Of a stretch of 64,000 nt of DNA, positions 47,310-57,022 are shown in pieces. Position 1 is the first letter of the stretch; every line of letters begins with the position of its first letter. The DNA lies in contig JALNLM010000007.1 in assembly GCA_023254095.1 (NCBI GenBank), positions 1-64,000 of the forward strand, in the 5' to 3' direction. Source of the DNA: Candidatus Geocrenenecus huangii. GTDB taxonomy: Archaea > Thermoproteota > Nitrososphaeria_A > Caldarchaeales > Wolframiiraptoraceae. The position numbers and the translations under genes are program-made. The notes under the pieces were generated by a model that saw only the letters and a list, made by a program, of their open reading frames with translations, searched no databases and was not told the origin of the DNA.

Positions 47310-49016
47310 TTAAGCCTTCCGCATTTCTTCTTCTCTTAAGACTCTCCTCAAGACCTTTCCAACCATACTCATGGGCAGATCTTTTCTAAATTCTACTTCT
47401 CTTAGATGCTTATATGGTGCAACACGTTCATTCACGAACTTCATTATTTCTTCTTCAGTGGCCGTAGCTCCATCCCTTAATACTATGAAGGCTTTCGGTA
47501 TCTCGCCTGAGACAGGGTCAGGTTTACCTACTACGGCCGCAAGCTTTACAGCTGGATGCTCATACAGTATATCTTCAAGCTCTCTCGGATACACACTATA
47601 GCCTTTATACTTTATTAAATCCTTCTTCCTATCCGTGATGTAGAAGTATCCATCTTCATCCATCCTCCCTATATCTCCAGTGTACAACCATCCATTCCTT
47701 AAAACCTCCTTGGTTTCTTCAGGTCTCTTCCAGTATCCTTTCATTACTTGTGGTCCTTTAACTACTAGTTCTCCAACTTCTCCTACAGGCATTTCTTTTG
47801 TGCCTGTCTCTACATCAACTATCCTAGCATCAGTATCAGGCCATGGGATGCCTATACTACCTATTTTTACAGTTTTCATGGTTGGGTCTAGAGGATTGCA
47901 ATGGGTTACAGGGGAGGCTTCTGTTAATCCGTATCCTTCAACTAGTACCGCTCCAGTCATCTCCATAAACTTCTTCTGGACCTCTGGGGGGAGGGGGGCG
48001 GCGCCAGAGATACAGAACTTCACAGATCTGAGATTATATTTTTTCGCTTCTGGATGATCGACTATTAAAGCATACATAGTTGGGACTCCTGGGAATAGTG
48101 TTATGTTGTATTCTTGTATCGACTTTAGTACTTCGACTACATCGAATCTTGGAAGGAGAACCATTGTTGCTCCTGCATATATTGTAAAGTTCATAGCCAC
48201 AGTCATACCGTAGATGTGGAAGAAGGGGAGAACCGATAAGCCTGTATCCTCACCTCTCTTCGCCTTCAGCCATGCAGAACAACCAATAGCGTTAGATACA
48301 AGATTCATATGGGTCAACATAGCTCCCTTCGGTAGACCAGTCGTTCCACCAGTATACTGTAGTACAGCCAAGTCTTCTTCAGGATTGATCTCGACGCTCG
48401 GTGGATTCTCAGGAGTCTTCTCGGTTAATTCTTTAAAGAAATATACATTCGGTTGAACGGGGATTTTAGCTGTAGGTATCTTCTTTAAGAGCTTACCGAG
48501 GAAAGCTTTCAAACTCGGCATATACTCTTCGAGCCTAGCTACTATCGCAAACTTTACCTGCGTCTTATCCCAGATTCTCTGAAATCTCGTGAATAACGCA
48601 TCGAGCAGTACAACGGCTTTAGCATCAGAATCTATGAGCTGGAATTCTAATTCTCTTTCTACAAACAAGGGGCTTATACCTGTAACTACCGCGCCAATCT
48701 TTAGTGCTCCATAATATGCAATTACGAATTGAGGCACATTAGGTAGATATAAACCTACTACATCGCCCTTCCTTATACCCAGGTTATACAACGCAGTTGC
48801 AAATCTACTAACTAAACTATTCAACTCTCTATACGTTATCTTTTTACCTAGAAAAATTATCGCAGGTCTATCTGGAAAATCTTGAGCGCTTTTCTCTAAG
48901 AGGACATGAAGAGGCACTTTTGGATAATCTAAACTTTTCGGTACCCCCTCAGGCCAATTCTTAAACCAAGGCTTTTCAGGAATCCTTGATCCACTCTTCA
49001 AGACAAATTTCACCAA
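47310..49016 (-). CDS. fadD: Long-chain fatty acid--CoA ligase
   Basis: QYTGGTTGLPKG, EGYGLTEASP, GWLYTGD, DRKKD, GKVLR. Confidence 0.93.
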   Translation of the reverse strand: MVKFVLKSGSRIPEKPWFKNWPEGVPKSLDYPKVPLHVLLEKSAQDFPDRPAIIFLGKKITYRELNSLVSRFATALYNLGIRKGDVVGLYLPNVPQFVIAYYGALKIGAVVTGISPLFVERELEFQLIDSDAKAVVLLDALFTRFQRIWDKTQVKFAIVARLEEYMPSLKAFLGKLLKKIPTAKIPVQPNVYFFKELTEKTPENPPSVEINPEEDLAVLQYTGGTTGLPKGAMLTHMNLVSNAIGCSAWLKAKRGEDTGLSVLPFFHIYGMTVAMNFTIYAGATMVLLPRFDVVEVLKSIQEYNITLFPGVPTMYALIVDHPEAKKYNLRSVKFCISGAAPLPPEVQKKFMEMTGAVLVEGYGLTEASPVTHCNPLDPTMKTVKIGSIGIPWPDTDARIVDVETGTKEMPVGEVGELVVKGPQVMKGYWKRPEETKEVLRNGWLYTGDIGRMDEDGYFYITDRKKDLIKYKGYSVYPRELEDILYEHPAVKLAAVVGKPDPVSGEIPKAFIVLRDGATATEEEIMKFVNERVAPYKHLREVEFRKDLPMSMVGKVLRRVLREEEMRKA

Positions 49017-49173
49017 TTGGTTTATATTCGTTAAGAGGGGATAAAAATCTTTACAATATATATGCTTAAGCTAGTTACCCATATATACATCTCGATGTTT
49101 TTCTAAAGCCTAACAAAAAGGTCATCTTTATGAAGAATGAAGGAATATATTTAGAGAATGTCCCCATTTTGGA

Positions 49174-51258
49174 GTGATGGACTATCATTTTATGTTCTTT
49201 TTAATTTACCGGCTATCTTGTAAGTGTTTTCTAAAGATCTCAATTATAGATGATACGCGAGGTCTAATCCCATACAGGGAGAACTATGCATTGCTCCCTC
49301 CAGGAACAAGCTTAATAATGTACTTCGTCCTGATACCGTTTGCTATAGTTTTCTTATATGGTCTATATCTTAGATTGCGGGCTTACGGGTTTGAAGCTCT
49401 ACGTAGCCTATTCAAGAATTTCAGAAACTGGTTTAAACAATCATTGAGGTACGTTATTCTACAGAAGAAGATAATTCAAGAAAAGATTCCGGGGGTAATG
49501 CATTTAGCGGTAAGCTATGGGATACTCTTCCTATTCATCGGGACTCTTCTAGTATTCATAGATAGCGACTTCCTAGAATTCTTTAATCAGAAACTACTTA
49601 AAGGAAGCTTCTACCTTATCTTCGAATCCACCCTCGAAGTAGCAGGGCTCTTCCTAATCCTCGGTATAATAATACAGCTTACTAGAAGACATATTGGAGT
49701 CAAGAGACTTAGACCTAAAGTAAAGTACTACATCTATCTGTGGGGCTTACTGTTTATAGGTATCTCGGGATTCCTACTTGAAGCTATCCGGATAATAGTA
49801 ACCCAGACAACGTGGGCTGGTTACTCATTCATAGGCAACATGATCTCGATCATGATATCCTCCTCAAAGCTGCCAATGGAAACTCTCAAGAATCTCTATA
49901 CAGTTTTATGGTGGTCTCATGCTATTACTGCTTTCGGATTAGTTGCGGCACTACCATATTCTAACCTCCGCCACATATTTCAATCTCCAATATACTCTGG
50001 ATTAACATACTATGCACCACGTCTTCCACATCTATCGAAGACACCTTTTAAGCTAGGCGAGGTAGACATCATGACTATTGAAGAACTAAAAGTCGGGTTT
50101 AGGAAGATAGATGACCTCGATTGGCTTCAGAAGATGGGGCTTGATGTATGTACAGATTGTGGAAGATGCGAAGCGATATGTCCAGCATATTCTTCTGGAA
50201 CCCCGTTATCCCCAAGAAGGCTTGTCCAGAAGCTTGCAGAGATTATGTGGAAGTATAAGCAAGGTACGAGTAGAGACCTGATAGAATCTAAAGATATAGA
50301 TTACGGCGAAGTCTATGCGTGTACGACATGTGGAGGATGCGTTGAAAAATGTCCAGTAATGATAAGTCCGCTCGAGTATATCATGGAAGCGAGAAGAGCA
50401 TTCATACTAGAAGGCAGAATGGAAAAGAAAGTTATCGAAACCTTGAATAACTTATCTAGAGTTGAAAATCCTTATGGTTTACCGAGGTCTGAGAAAGAAG
50501 CACTAGTGAGAGAACTGAGAAGCCTTGGAGCCAAGACTATCGAAGAGCACTTAAACCCCGAGTACATTTACTGGATAGGATGTCTAGCAACATATGATCC
50601 GAGAATTAGGAATATTGCAAAGAAAATGGTTGAGATCTTAAGTAATGCAGGTGTAGACTTCTCCATACTAGGCTTGTTGGAGAGATGCACAGGTGAGCCT
50701 GCTAGAAGGATAGGGGAAGAAGGATTGTTCCAAGAACTAGCCTACAAGAATATCGAGACTCTAAAAAAGGTTAAGGCTAAGAAGATAATAGTCCACTGCC
50801 CCCACTGTTACCAAATGTTTAAGAATGAATATAGAGAGTTCGGGCTAGAAGTAGAAGTGATACATCATTCGACAATGCTTAGAGACCTCTTAGCGGAGGG
50901 CAAGATAAAACCAAGAATAGACAATGGAATAATAATAACGTTTCATGATTCATGTTATATCGCCCGTTTCAACGATATTGTGGAGGAGCCTAGAGAATTA
51001 TTAAAAAATCTAAGATTTAGGGAAATGGAGAGAAGCCGCAAAGATACTTTCTGCTGTGGGGCAGGTGGTGGAAATTATTGGGGTGAGGTTAAAAGAGTGA
51101 AGAGGGAAAGTCTACAAAGATTGGAGGAAGCTTTGAAGATAGATGTTGAAGCCATAATCGTGGAATGCCCATACTGTCTAGCTATGCTTGAAGACGCTGT
51201 AAGGGTTTTGGGGCTAGAAGGAAAAATAAAGATACTAGACTTATCGGAGATCTTCTAA
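49174..51258 (+). CDS. Membrane Fe-S oxidoreductase (FadF/ETF:quinone oxidoreductase-like): cytochrome b-like TM domain, 2x[4Fe-4S], two CCG domains
   Basis: TM helices carrying His (MHLAVSYG, WWSH, LRHIF), CTDCGRCEAICP, CTTCGGCVEKCP, WIGC, HCPHC, HDSC, FCCGAGGG; start uncertain. Confidence 0.88.
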   Translation: MMDYHFMFFLIYRLSCKCFLKISIIDDTRGLIPYRENYALLPPGTSLIMYFVLIPFAIVFLYGLYLRLRAYGFEALRSLFKNFRNWFKQSLRYVILQKKIIQEKIPGVMHLAVSYGILFLFIGTLLVFIDSDFLEFFNQKLLKGSFYLIFESTLEVAGLFLILGIIIQLTRRHIGVKRLRPKVKYYIYLWGLLFIGISGFLLEAIRIIVTQTTWAGYSFIGNMISIMISSSKLPMETLKNLYTVLWWSHAITAFGLVAALPYSNLRHIFQSPIYSGLTYYAPRLPHLSKTPFKLGEVDIMTIEELKVGFRKIDDLDWLQKMGLDVCTDCGRCEAICPAYSSGTPLSPRRLVQKLAEIMWKYKQGTSRDLIESKDIDYGEVYACTTCGGCVEKCPVMISPLEYIMEARRAFILEGRMEKKVIETLNNLSRVENPYGLPRSEKEALVRELRSLGAKTIEEHLNPEYIYWIGCLATYDPRIRNIAKKMVEILSNAGVDFSILGLLERCTGEPARRIGEEGLFQELAYKNIETLKKVKAKKIIVHCPHCYQMFKNEYREFGLEVEVIHHSTMLRDLLAEGKIKPRIDNGIIITFHDSCYIARFNDIVEEPRELLKNLRFREMERSRKDTFCCGAGGGNYWGEVKRVKRESLQRLEEALKIDVEAIIVECPYCLAMLEDAVRVLGLEGKIKILDLSEIF

Positions 51259-51324
51259 TTCAACCTACAATCATATACGAAAACATGCATGAACAGGTAC
51301 CCTACTCGTAATCATATAGTGATT

Positions 51325-52293
51325 CTATCTCGTTAATGGAATCCATGAAAGTTCGGCTAGGTCATACTGCATTTTAGCGATCATTAAGACTTGTTCGTAT
51401 ACGCCTAACTCCCTAGAAGTCAAACGACTAAGTGTTAACTCTAACTTGATCTTGTTTATTCTCTCCAGTAGAGCATATAATAGTTCTGTTTCATTATTGA
51501 AGAAAACTCGGTAGACATCATCGTGATTATCTTTTAAGAGTTCCTTGGAAACAACTAGTTTTTCTAAAAACAGTTTATCGAATGCTTTAAGTATCCCTTG
51601 TTGAGTAGCTGAAGCTATATCTAAAGCTCTATCGTTGATGTTCTCTAAGAGGTAGGCTGCCACACGGAAGTCGAGTAGGTTGATATTCGATAAGTTTAAT
51701 CTCGTCTGCAAGGCCGGGTCTTCTGCGCAGCTTCTAAGCATCCTAACCATGTAGAAATATAGTCTGTCTATCTCATCATCTTTTAAGATAACTCTATTAG
51801 CTAGTTCTATGTCTTCCTCCAGGATAGATGTTATTGATTCTTCGATCGATTCCCTTGTTATCTGCCACATTCTCTTGAGTATGTCTATTGGCTGCAATTC
51901 TAATGGATCGATTAACGTCTTCAAGACTACCCTGTTGTTGCTGTATTCTACTATCTCCAACCCCATCAACTTATTCTTGATCTTCGAGAATTCGATATCG
52001 AATAAGTCTTTAACAGTCTTGGGAATATCAACTACGATGTTGTTGTATCCTAATAGGTATGCCGCGATAATATGATCTATTACATGACGTATTTCATCAT
52101 GGTAAGTTAGACGGGTTGTCTTATCAAGTTTCTCTACAGTTAAAGTCTTTACGATTATAGCATCTTTCGTAACCAAGAGTTCCACATTATCTCCTGGTTT
52201 AAGCTTCATACCTTCTATCCACTCTTTCGGTAAACTTATAACGACTGAGCCTCCACTCTTCATTAAAGTCCTAACTTCTTTAACCCTCATCAA
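51325..52293 (-). CDS. Phosphate uptake regulator PhoU with N-terminal AbrB domain
   Basis: GGSVVISLPKEW, IAAYLLGY, GLEIVE, DDEIDRLY, LENIND. Confidence 0.9.
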   Translation of the reverse strand: MMRVKEVRTLMKSGGSVVISLPKEWIEGMKLKPGDNVELLVTKDAIIVKTLTVEKLDKTTRLTYHDEIRHVIDHIIAAYLLGYNNIVVDIPKTVKDLFDIEFSKIKNKLMGLEIVEYSNNRVVLKTLIDPLELQPIDILKRMWQITRESIEESITSILEEDIELANRVILKDDEIDRLYFYMVRMLRSCAEDPALQTRLNLSNINLLDFRVAAYLLENINDRALDIASATQQGILKAFDKLFLEKLVVSKELLKDNHDDVYRVFFNNETELLYALLERINKIKLELTLSRLTSRELGVYEQVLMIAKMQYDLAELSWIPLTR

Positions 52294-52550
52294 AATATTC
52301 TAGTCAATACATATTAATATGGATTTAGAGTGTAAAATAGATTGATAAACACCTATGGATTATTCTTAATTGAATCGCTTGTTGATAGAAGATAGTAATT
52401 ACTACTTTTTACCTCCCTTTAACATGACCGATAGGAGAATGTAGTAGAGAGCACGTCATTGAGAAGTATCGTTTGATACTGACGCGTACTGATTTTCAGT
52501 ATGGAATATTGATATAATTTGCTTCTGGGATATTCTGTTAGAAAAAGAAG

Positions 52551-53297
52551 ATGAATAGTAGGTGGAAGAAGAGAAGCGTGGAAGTTGCTCTCATATCTTG
52601 TAATGGAGCCTTGTACGCAGCGGTTGGTATAGCGACGTATCTTGGTCTATTCGCTCCTGTTTTCGGAACCGTTAGATTTTGGCCATCCGTAGTTATTCCA
52701 GCTACATTCTCGATTCTTTTCTCACCGTGGATAGGAGCGGTTGGAGCTGCTATAGGAATATTCATCAGTGATATGGTAGTTCATGGAAACCCTATTCTAA
52801 GTATTACGGTTGGAGTTACATCAAACTTTATAGGATTCTACCTGATAGGCGTACTTGCTCGCGGTAAACTAAGTAACTTAAAGAAGATATTCTCCGTAGG
52901 TGTACAAGTTATACCTTTGTTGGCTGCGATACTTCTCTTTCTGTCAGGTGCCTTAGATGAAATAACTTCATACACTTTCTTAATCGTCACATTAATCGTC
53001 TTAGGGATAAGCATAGCAATAGCACAATTCAAACCAAGCTATTCTAAGATAATCTACTCATCATCTATAGGCTTGATGGCCGGAAGCGCTATAATCGGAG
53101 TAGGGTTATGGGGTTATAGCCAGTTTGCCCTACTTCCCATAGGTGTCTCGAATGCGCCGATAATAGCTTCACTAGTATGGTTTCTATGGACTTATCTAAC
53201 AGAGATACCCTTCCTAGTATTCCTGCTACCGCCTATAGTGTATGCTGTAGTCAAAGCCATGCCTGAAAAAGTAGAAGCAGAAATCCTGTCGAGGTGA
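52551..53297 (+). CDS. ECF transporter S component
   Basis: ALYAAVG, VRFWP, FSPWIGAVGAAIG motifs; multiple TM helices. Confidence 0.8.
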   Translation: MNSRWKKRSVEVALISCNGALYAAVGIATYLGLFAPVFGTVRFWPSVVIPATFSILFSPWIGAVGAAIGIFISDMVVHGNPILSITVGVTSNFIGFYLIGVLARGKLSNLKKIFSVGVQVIPLLAAILLFLSGALDEITSYTFLIVTLIVLGISIAIAQFKPSYSKIIYSSSIGLMAGSAIIGVGLWGYSQFALLPIGVSNAPIIASLVWFLWTYLTEIPFLVFLLPPIVYAVVKAMPEKVEAEILSR

Positions 53298-53307
53298 AGA
53301 ACACACG

Positions 53308-54282
53308 TTGAATATAGAATTATGTGGATATGCGTATTTCCCATCTGCATTATCTAGCATATTTTCCCCAAAACTAAAGCTTGGAGCAATGAACGATAAG
53401 ATACGATTAGATACAATAGGTGCTAGAGGTGGGGGATTTTCCCTCGTTAAGGGTTCAGAAACATGGGTAAGGATCCATCCTGATGGATCGGATAGAATAG
53501 AAGTAGTAGTAAACGAGAAGATCAAGGATTTCCCACCATCTATCGAGGCAGCTAAAGAAATGAGGAGAAGATATAATATAACAGGTAAAATAGAGATTAG
53601 ACATAGAATCGATGTACCTATTGGGTCAGGTTTCGGCACAAGCGCATCTTCAGCTGCGGGAGTGATACTTGCAATATCCACTATGCTGGGTAAAGGAGCT
53701 ACTTTAACTGAAGTAATAAGAACAACACATGAAATCGAGTTGAGATGCAGGACTGGGTTGAATAGTGAAGTGGGGTTAATGACCGGAGGATTGGTGCTTG
53801 TTCTCAGAGAAGGAGCGCCGCCTAGAAGTATAGTAGATAGTATCCCGCTGTCTTCAGAAGTTAAACTCGTCGCAATAGTATCAGGACCGATAGAAACGCC
53901 TGACTCCCTATCAGAATTGTCAAGATTAGAAGAGGTTGAAAAACTGGGAGACAAATATCTATCCACAATACTAAAACATCCAACTGCTGAGAACTTCCTA
54001 AGATACGCTAGAGAATTTTCTTATGAGTCAGGCTTCGTAACAAGAAAAGTTCAGGAAATATTCGATGTAATTAGAAATCTTCCAGTTATAGGGTACGCTC
54101 AAAATATGCTGGGAGAGGCTGTCCACGCATTGGTGCGTGAAAAGCACTTGGATTTTGTTGTAAGAAGTCTGTCAGAGCATTTCCCTGACATGCAACTGAT
54201 TGTGTCAGATATAACATCGATCTACAACGTTTATTCAAAATCTATCGATTCTATAGAATTGGAACAACTACATTGGCGCTAG
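53308..54282 (+). CDS. Pantoate kinase (GHMP family)
   Basis: IGARGGG, VPIGSGFGTSAS, HEIE...TGL, REGAP, AQNMLGEAV. Confidence 0.82.
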   Translation: MNIELCGYAYFPSALSSIFSPKLKLGAMNDKIRLDTIGARGGGFSLVKGSETWVRIHPDGSDRIEVVVNEKIKDFPPSIEAAKEMRRRYNITGKIEIRHRIDVPIGSGFGTSASSAAGVILAISTMLGKGATLTEVIRTTHEIELRCRTGLNSEVGLMTGGLVLVLREGAPPRSIVDSIPLSSEVKLVAIVSGPIETPDSLSELSRLEEVEKLGDKYLSTILKHPTAENFLRYAREFSYESGFVTRKVQEIFDVIRNLPVIGYAQNMLGEAVHALVREKHLDFVVRSLSEHFPDMQLIVSDITSIYNVYSKSIDSIELEQLHWR

Positions 54283-54307
54283 ACATGGAGAAATAGAGGA
54301 TCTCCGA

Positions 54308-55498
54308 CTAAGTTAAGTAAGCCTGCTTGGCAACCGCTAATTTATTGAAGAAGCTTATGAATTGCTTCTCCTTGCCGGAGGGTATCAACGCTGATGCGGC
54401 AAAACTATGGCCATCCCCTGACCCTTCTACCGCTTCTGCGGACTTCATCGTTAACTCTGACGCTGGAGGCATCTCTCCAGATTCAATCTTCTCACTTAAT
54501 AGCTTAGGTGTTCTAACCGATACTTTAACCCAGCTTCCCTCGACTATTCCGAGGTCAGGTATAGTAGGCTCGAAATCCATGAAACCTATGAGGTATTTGT
54601 CTTGTGCCACGATGTTCCGGTAGCTCAGCATTGAACAGAATGTTCCAATAGTTTTAGTTCCGAATCCTTTTAACAGATCGTGGATGTGGAACCACTGAGT
54701 TACGCCTTCAACTCTAAGCTTAGATCTAGAAAAAATGCTAAACAACTGGTTAAATTTTGTTCTCCTCTCCACTTCTAGTTTTTCTGCTTCCTCAAAATCT
54801 ATCCTAGTAGACAGAAGCCCTCTAACCACCTTGTAGGGTCCTCCACGATAATAACCTATACTACCGATAGCCGTTAGAATGGAGGAAAGCTTGTTCCAAG
54901 GCTTGTTAAAGATTTTAATATTGTAAAATTCTTCACGTCCTTTCTTAATCTCTACATCACCGACCTCGAGCGAATCTTGTAGAGGTATCTGGTTTAGACC
55001 CTTCAATGGACCGGGTATCTCCGCTGAACCTACAACCGCCATCCATGCAGAATCTTTTATATCTGCAACTTCACGCATCAATAGGTATGTTGCGGTTGAA
55101 CCGCTGACGTCCCTCTCACCACTGAAACCATATAACTCGGGGTTCAGGTTTACAACATTTGGGCTATCTATCCTCATCGGGTCATGGTGGTCAAGTATGA
55201 TGTTTCTTGTTTTTCTTTCTTCACTCATTCTCGCGATAAGGTCTGCTTTCCCAGAACCAATATCTAGGAAAACATACAACCTACAATCTGTGGAGTATAC
55301 GAGCCTCAGGATAGCTGGATGAATCTTCTCTATACATACCAGCTTATATTTTTTCCCTGTCTTGTTCAGGGTCGAGGCTGATATGCTCGCTGCACATAAT
55401 CCATCAGCATCATTGTGGAAAACGAGTCCAACCACCCCATCATATTCTTTCAACTCCCTAGCAGTGTCCCTAATCAGCCTAAAGTACTCTCCACTCAT
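54308..55498 (-). CDS. DHH/DHHA1 phosphoesterase (RecJ/Cdc45-like)
   Basis: HNDADG, FLDIGS, LDHH, NPELYG, KVSVR, GDGHSFAA; ATG at 55498 preferred over 55564. Confidence 0.85.
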   Translation of the reverse strand: MSGEYFRLIRDTARELKEYDGVVGLVFHNDADGLCAASISASTLNKTGKKYKLVCIEKIHPAILRLVYSTDCRLYVFLDIGSGKADLIARMSEERKTRNIILDHHDPMRIDSPNVVNLNPELYGFSGERDVSGSTATYLLMREVADIKDSAWMAVVGSAEIPGPLKGLNQIPLQDSLEVGDVEIKKGREEFYNIKIFNKPWNKLSSILTAIGSIGYYRGGPYKVVRGLLSTRIDFEEAEKLEVERRTKFNQLFSIFSRSKLRVEGVTQWFHIHDLLKGFGTKTIGTFCSMLSYRNIVAQDKYLIGFMDFEPTIPDLGIVEGSWVKVSVRTPKLLSEKIESGEMPPASELTMKSAEAVEGSGDGHSFAASALIPSGKEKQFISFFNKLAVAKQAYLT

Positions 55499-55702
55499 CT
55501 TCAAGATATCAATAGATAAAGAGATTAATAACCGATCACTTGCTCCACCAGGAATAAAAACCATGCAAGCCCCCTCTAAGCATATACTAATTTCGTCGAA
55601 ATAATCTGTAGACTAGAGATAATTGATTATAGCGTTATGTTCAAAGTGTGGAAGGCTCCTTGATGATCGAGACAGAACTTGACCTATACTGCAAATGTAT
55701 AT

Positions 55703-56161
55703 CTATCCATACATAGGTAGTTGACGAGTAGCAGCACGTACGAACTCGTTTACTATCTCGACCTTCTCCAGGAGAGCTCTAGCAAGGTCAGATATCGTTA
55801 CTATCCCTACCAGTACGTTATTCTCTATAACTGCCAGCCTCCTTATCTTTTTCTCAGCCATAGTCTTCAATGCATCTTCAACGCTAGTATCAGGTTCTAC
55901 GGCTATAATAGGTCTAGACATTATTTCCGTTGCTCTAGTTTTTAGAGGGTCAAGACCGCTGGCTACAACTCTTCTAACGATATCTCTCTCCGTAATTATT
56001 CCAACCACCTTACCATCTCTTTCAACAAAACATGCTCCAACCCCTCTCACCATCATCTTATCAGATACGTGAACGATGTTTTCATCTTCATCTACGGTTA
56101 AGGGATTGGTGGACATAAACCTCCTAACAGTAAACTCTACCTCTGAATCTTCATTACTCAT
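55703..56161 (-). CDS. CBS-domain-pair protein
   Basis: VGIITERDI, IRRLAV, VGIVTISDL. Confidence 0.92.
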   Translation of the reverse strand: MSNEDSEVEFTVRRFMSTNPLTVDEDENIVHVSDKMMVRGVGACFVERDGKVVGIITERDIVRRVVASGLDPLKTRATEIMSRPIIAVEPDTSVEDALKTMAEKKIRRLAVIENNVLVGIVTISDLARALLEKVEIVNEFVRAATRQLPMYG

Positions 56162-56236
56162 ACCACTTATTGAAGGGGGAACCTCTTTTTAAACTATTTA
56201 TTCTACAAGATAAGAAAGTTATATTGAGAGACGATC

Positions 56237-57022
56237 ATGATCAGCCAGATCCAGCCTGGAACGCTCTTTCTCTTATTCTTCATATTGATATTCCTAATAA
56301 TCATCTTATCATCATCTATAAAGATCGTGACAGAATATGAGAGAGTAGTCATTTTTAGGGTTGGGAGACTGAAAGGTGCGAAGGGGCCTGGAATAGTGGT
56401 GATACTTCCAATAATAGATAGGAGGAGGGTGATCGACTTAAGACTACTTACAATGGATGTACCCAAGCAAAGGATTATAACAAAAGATAATGTCACCGTC
56501 GATGTTGACGCAGTCGTGTATTTTAGAGTGAGTGACCCTATCGCTGCAGCGATTAAGGTAAAAGATTACGTTATGGCTTCCAGTCTACTAGCCCAAACAA
56601 CTCTTAGAGACGTGATAGGTCAAGTTGAATTGGATGAACTGTTGAGCAAGAGAGAAGAACTAAGCAAAAAAGTACAATCTATTCTCGATGAATTAACTGA
56701 AGCTTGGGGAGTGAAGGTTACCGCTGTGGCGATAAGAGACGTAATTATACCTGAGGCCATGCAAAGGGCTATGGCTAAACAAGCTGAAGCTGAAAGAGAA
56801 AGGAGAAGCAGAGTGATAATGGCTGAAGGCGAGCTTGAAGCAGCTAAGAAGATGGCTGAGGCTGCTGAATACTATGCTAAGAGCCCTATAGCCTTAAGGT
56901 TAAGAGAACTTCAGACTTGGAGTGAGATAGCTAGAGAGAAGAACATGATCGTCGTTACTGAGAGTTCTTCTCCACAGCTTGGCACACTCTTAGGAGTAGT
57001 GAAAAGTGAAAAGAAAGGATGA
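56237..57022 (+). CDS. Stomatin/SPFH-domain (slipin) protein
   Basis: EYERVVIFRVGR, ITKDNVTV, AQTTLR, QAEAERERR. Confidence 0.94.
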   Translation: MISQIQPGTLFLLFFILIFLIIILSSSIKIVTEYERVVIFRVGRLKGAKGPGIVVILPIIDRRRVIDLRLLTMDVPKQRIITKDNVTVDVDAVVYFRVSDPIAAAIKVKDYVMASSLLAQTTLRDVIGQVELDELLSKREELSKKVQSILDELTEAWGVKVTAVAIRDVIIPEAMQRAMAKQAEAERERRSRVIMAEGELEAAKKMAEAAEYYAKSPIALRLRELQTWSEIAREKNMIVVTESSSPQLGTLLGVVKSEKKG

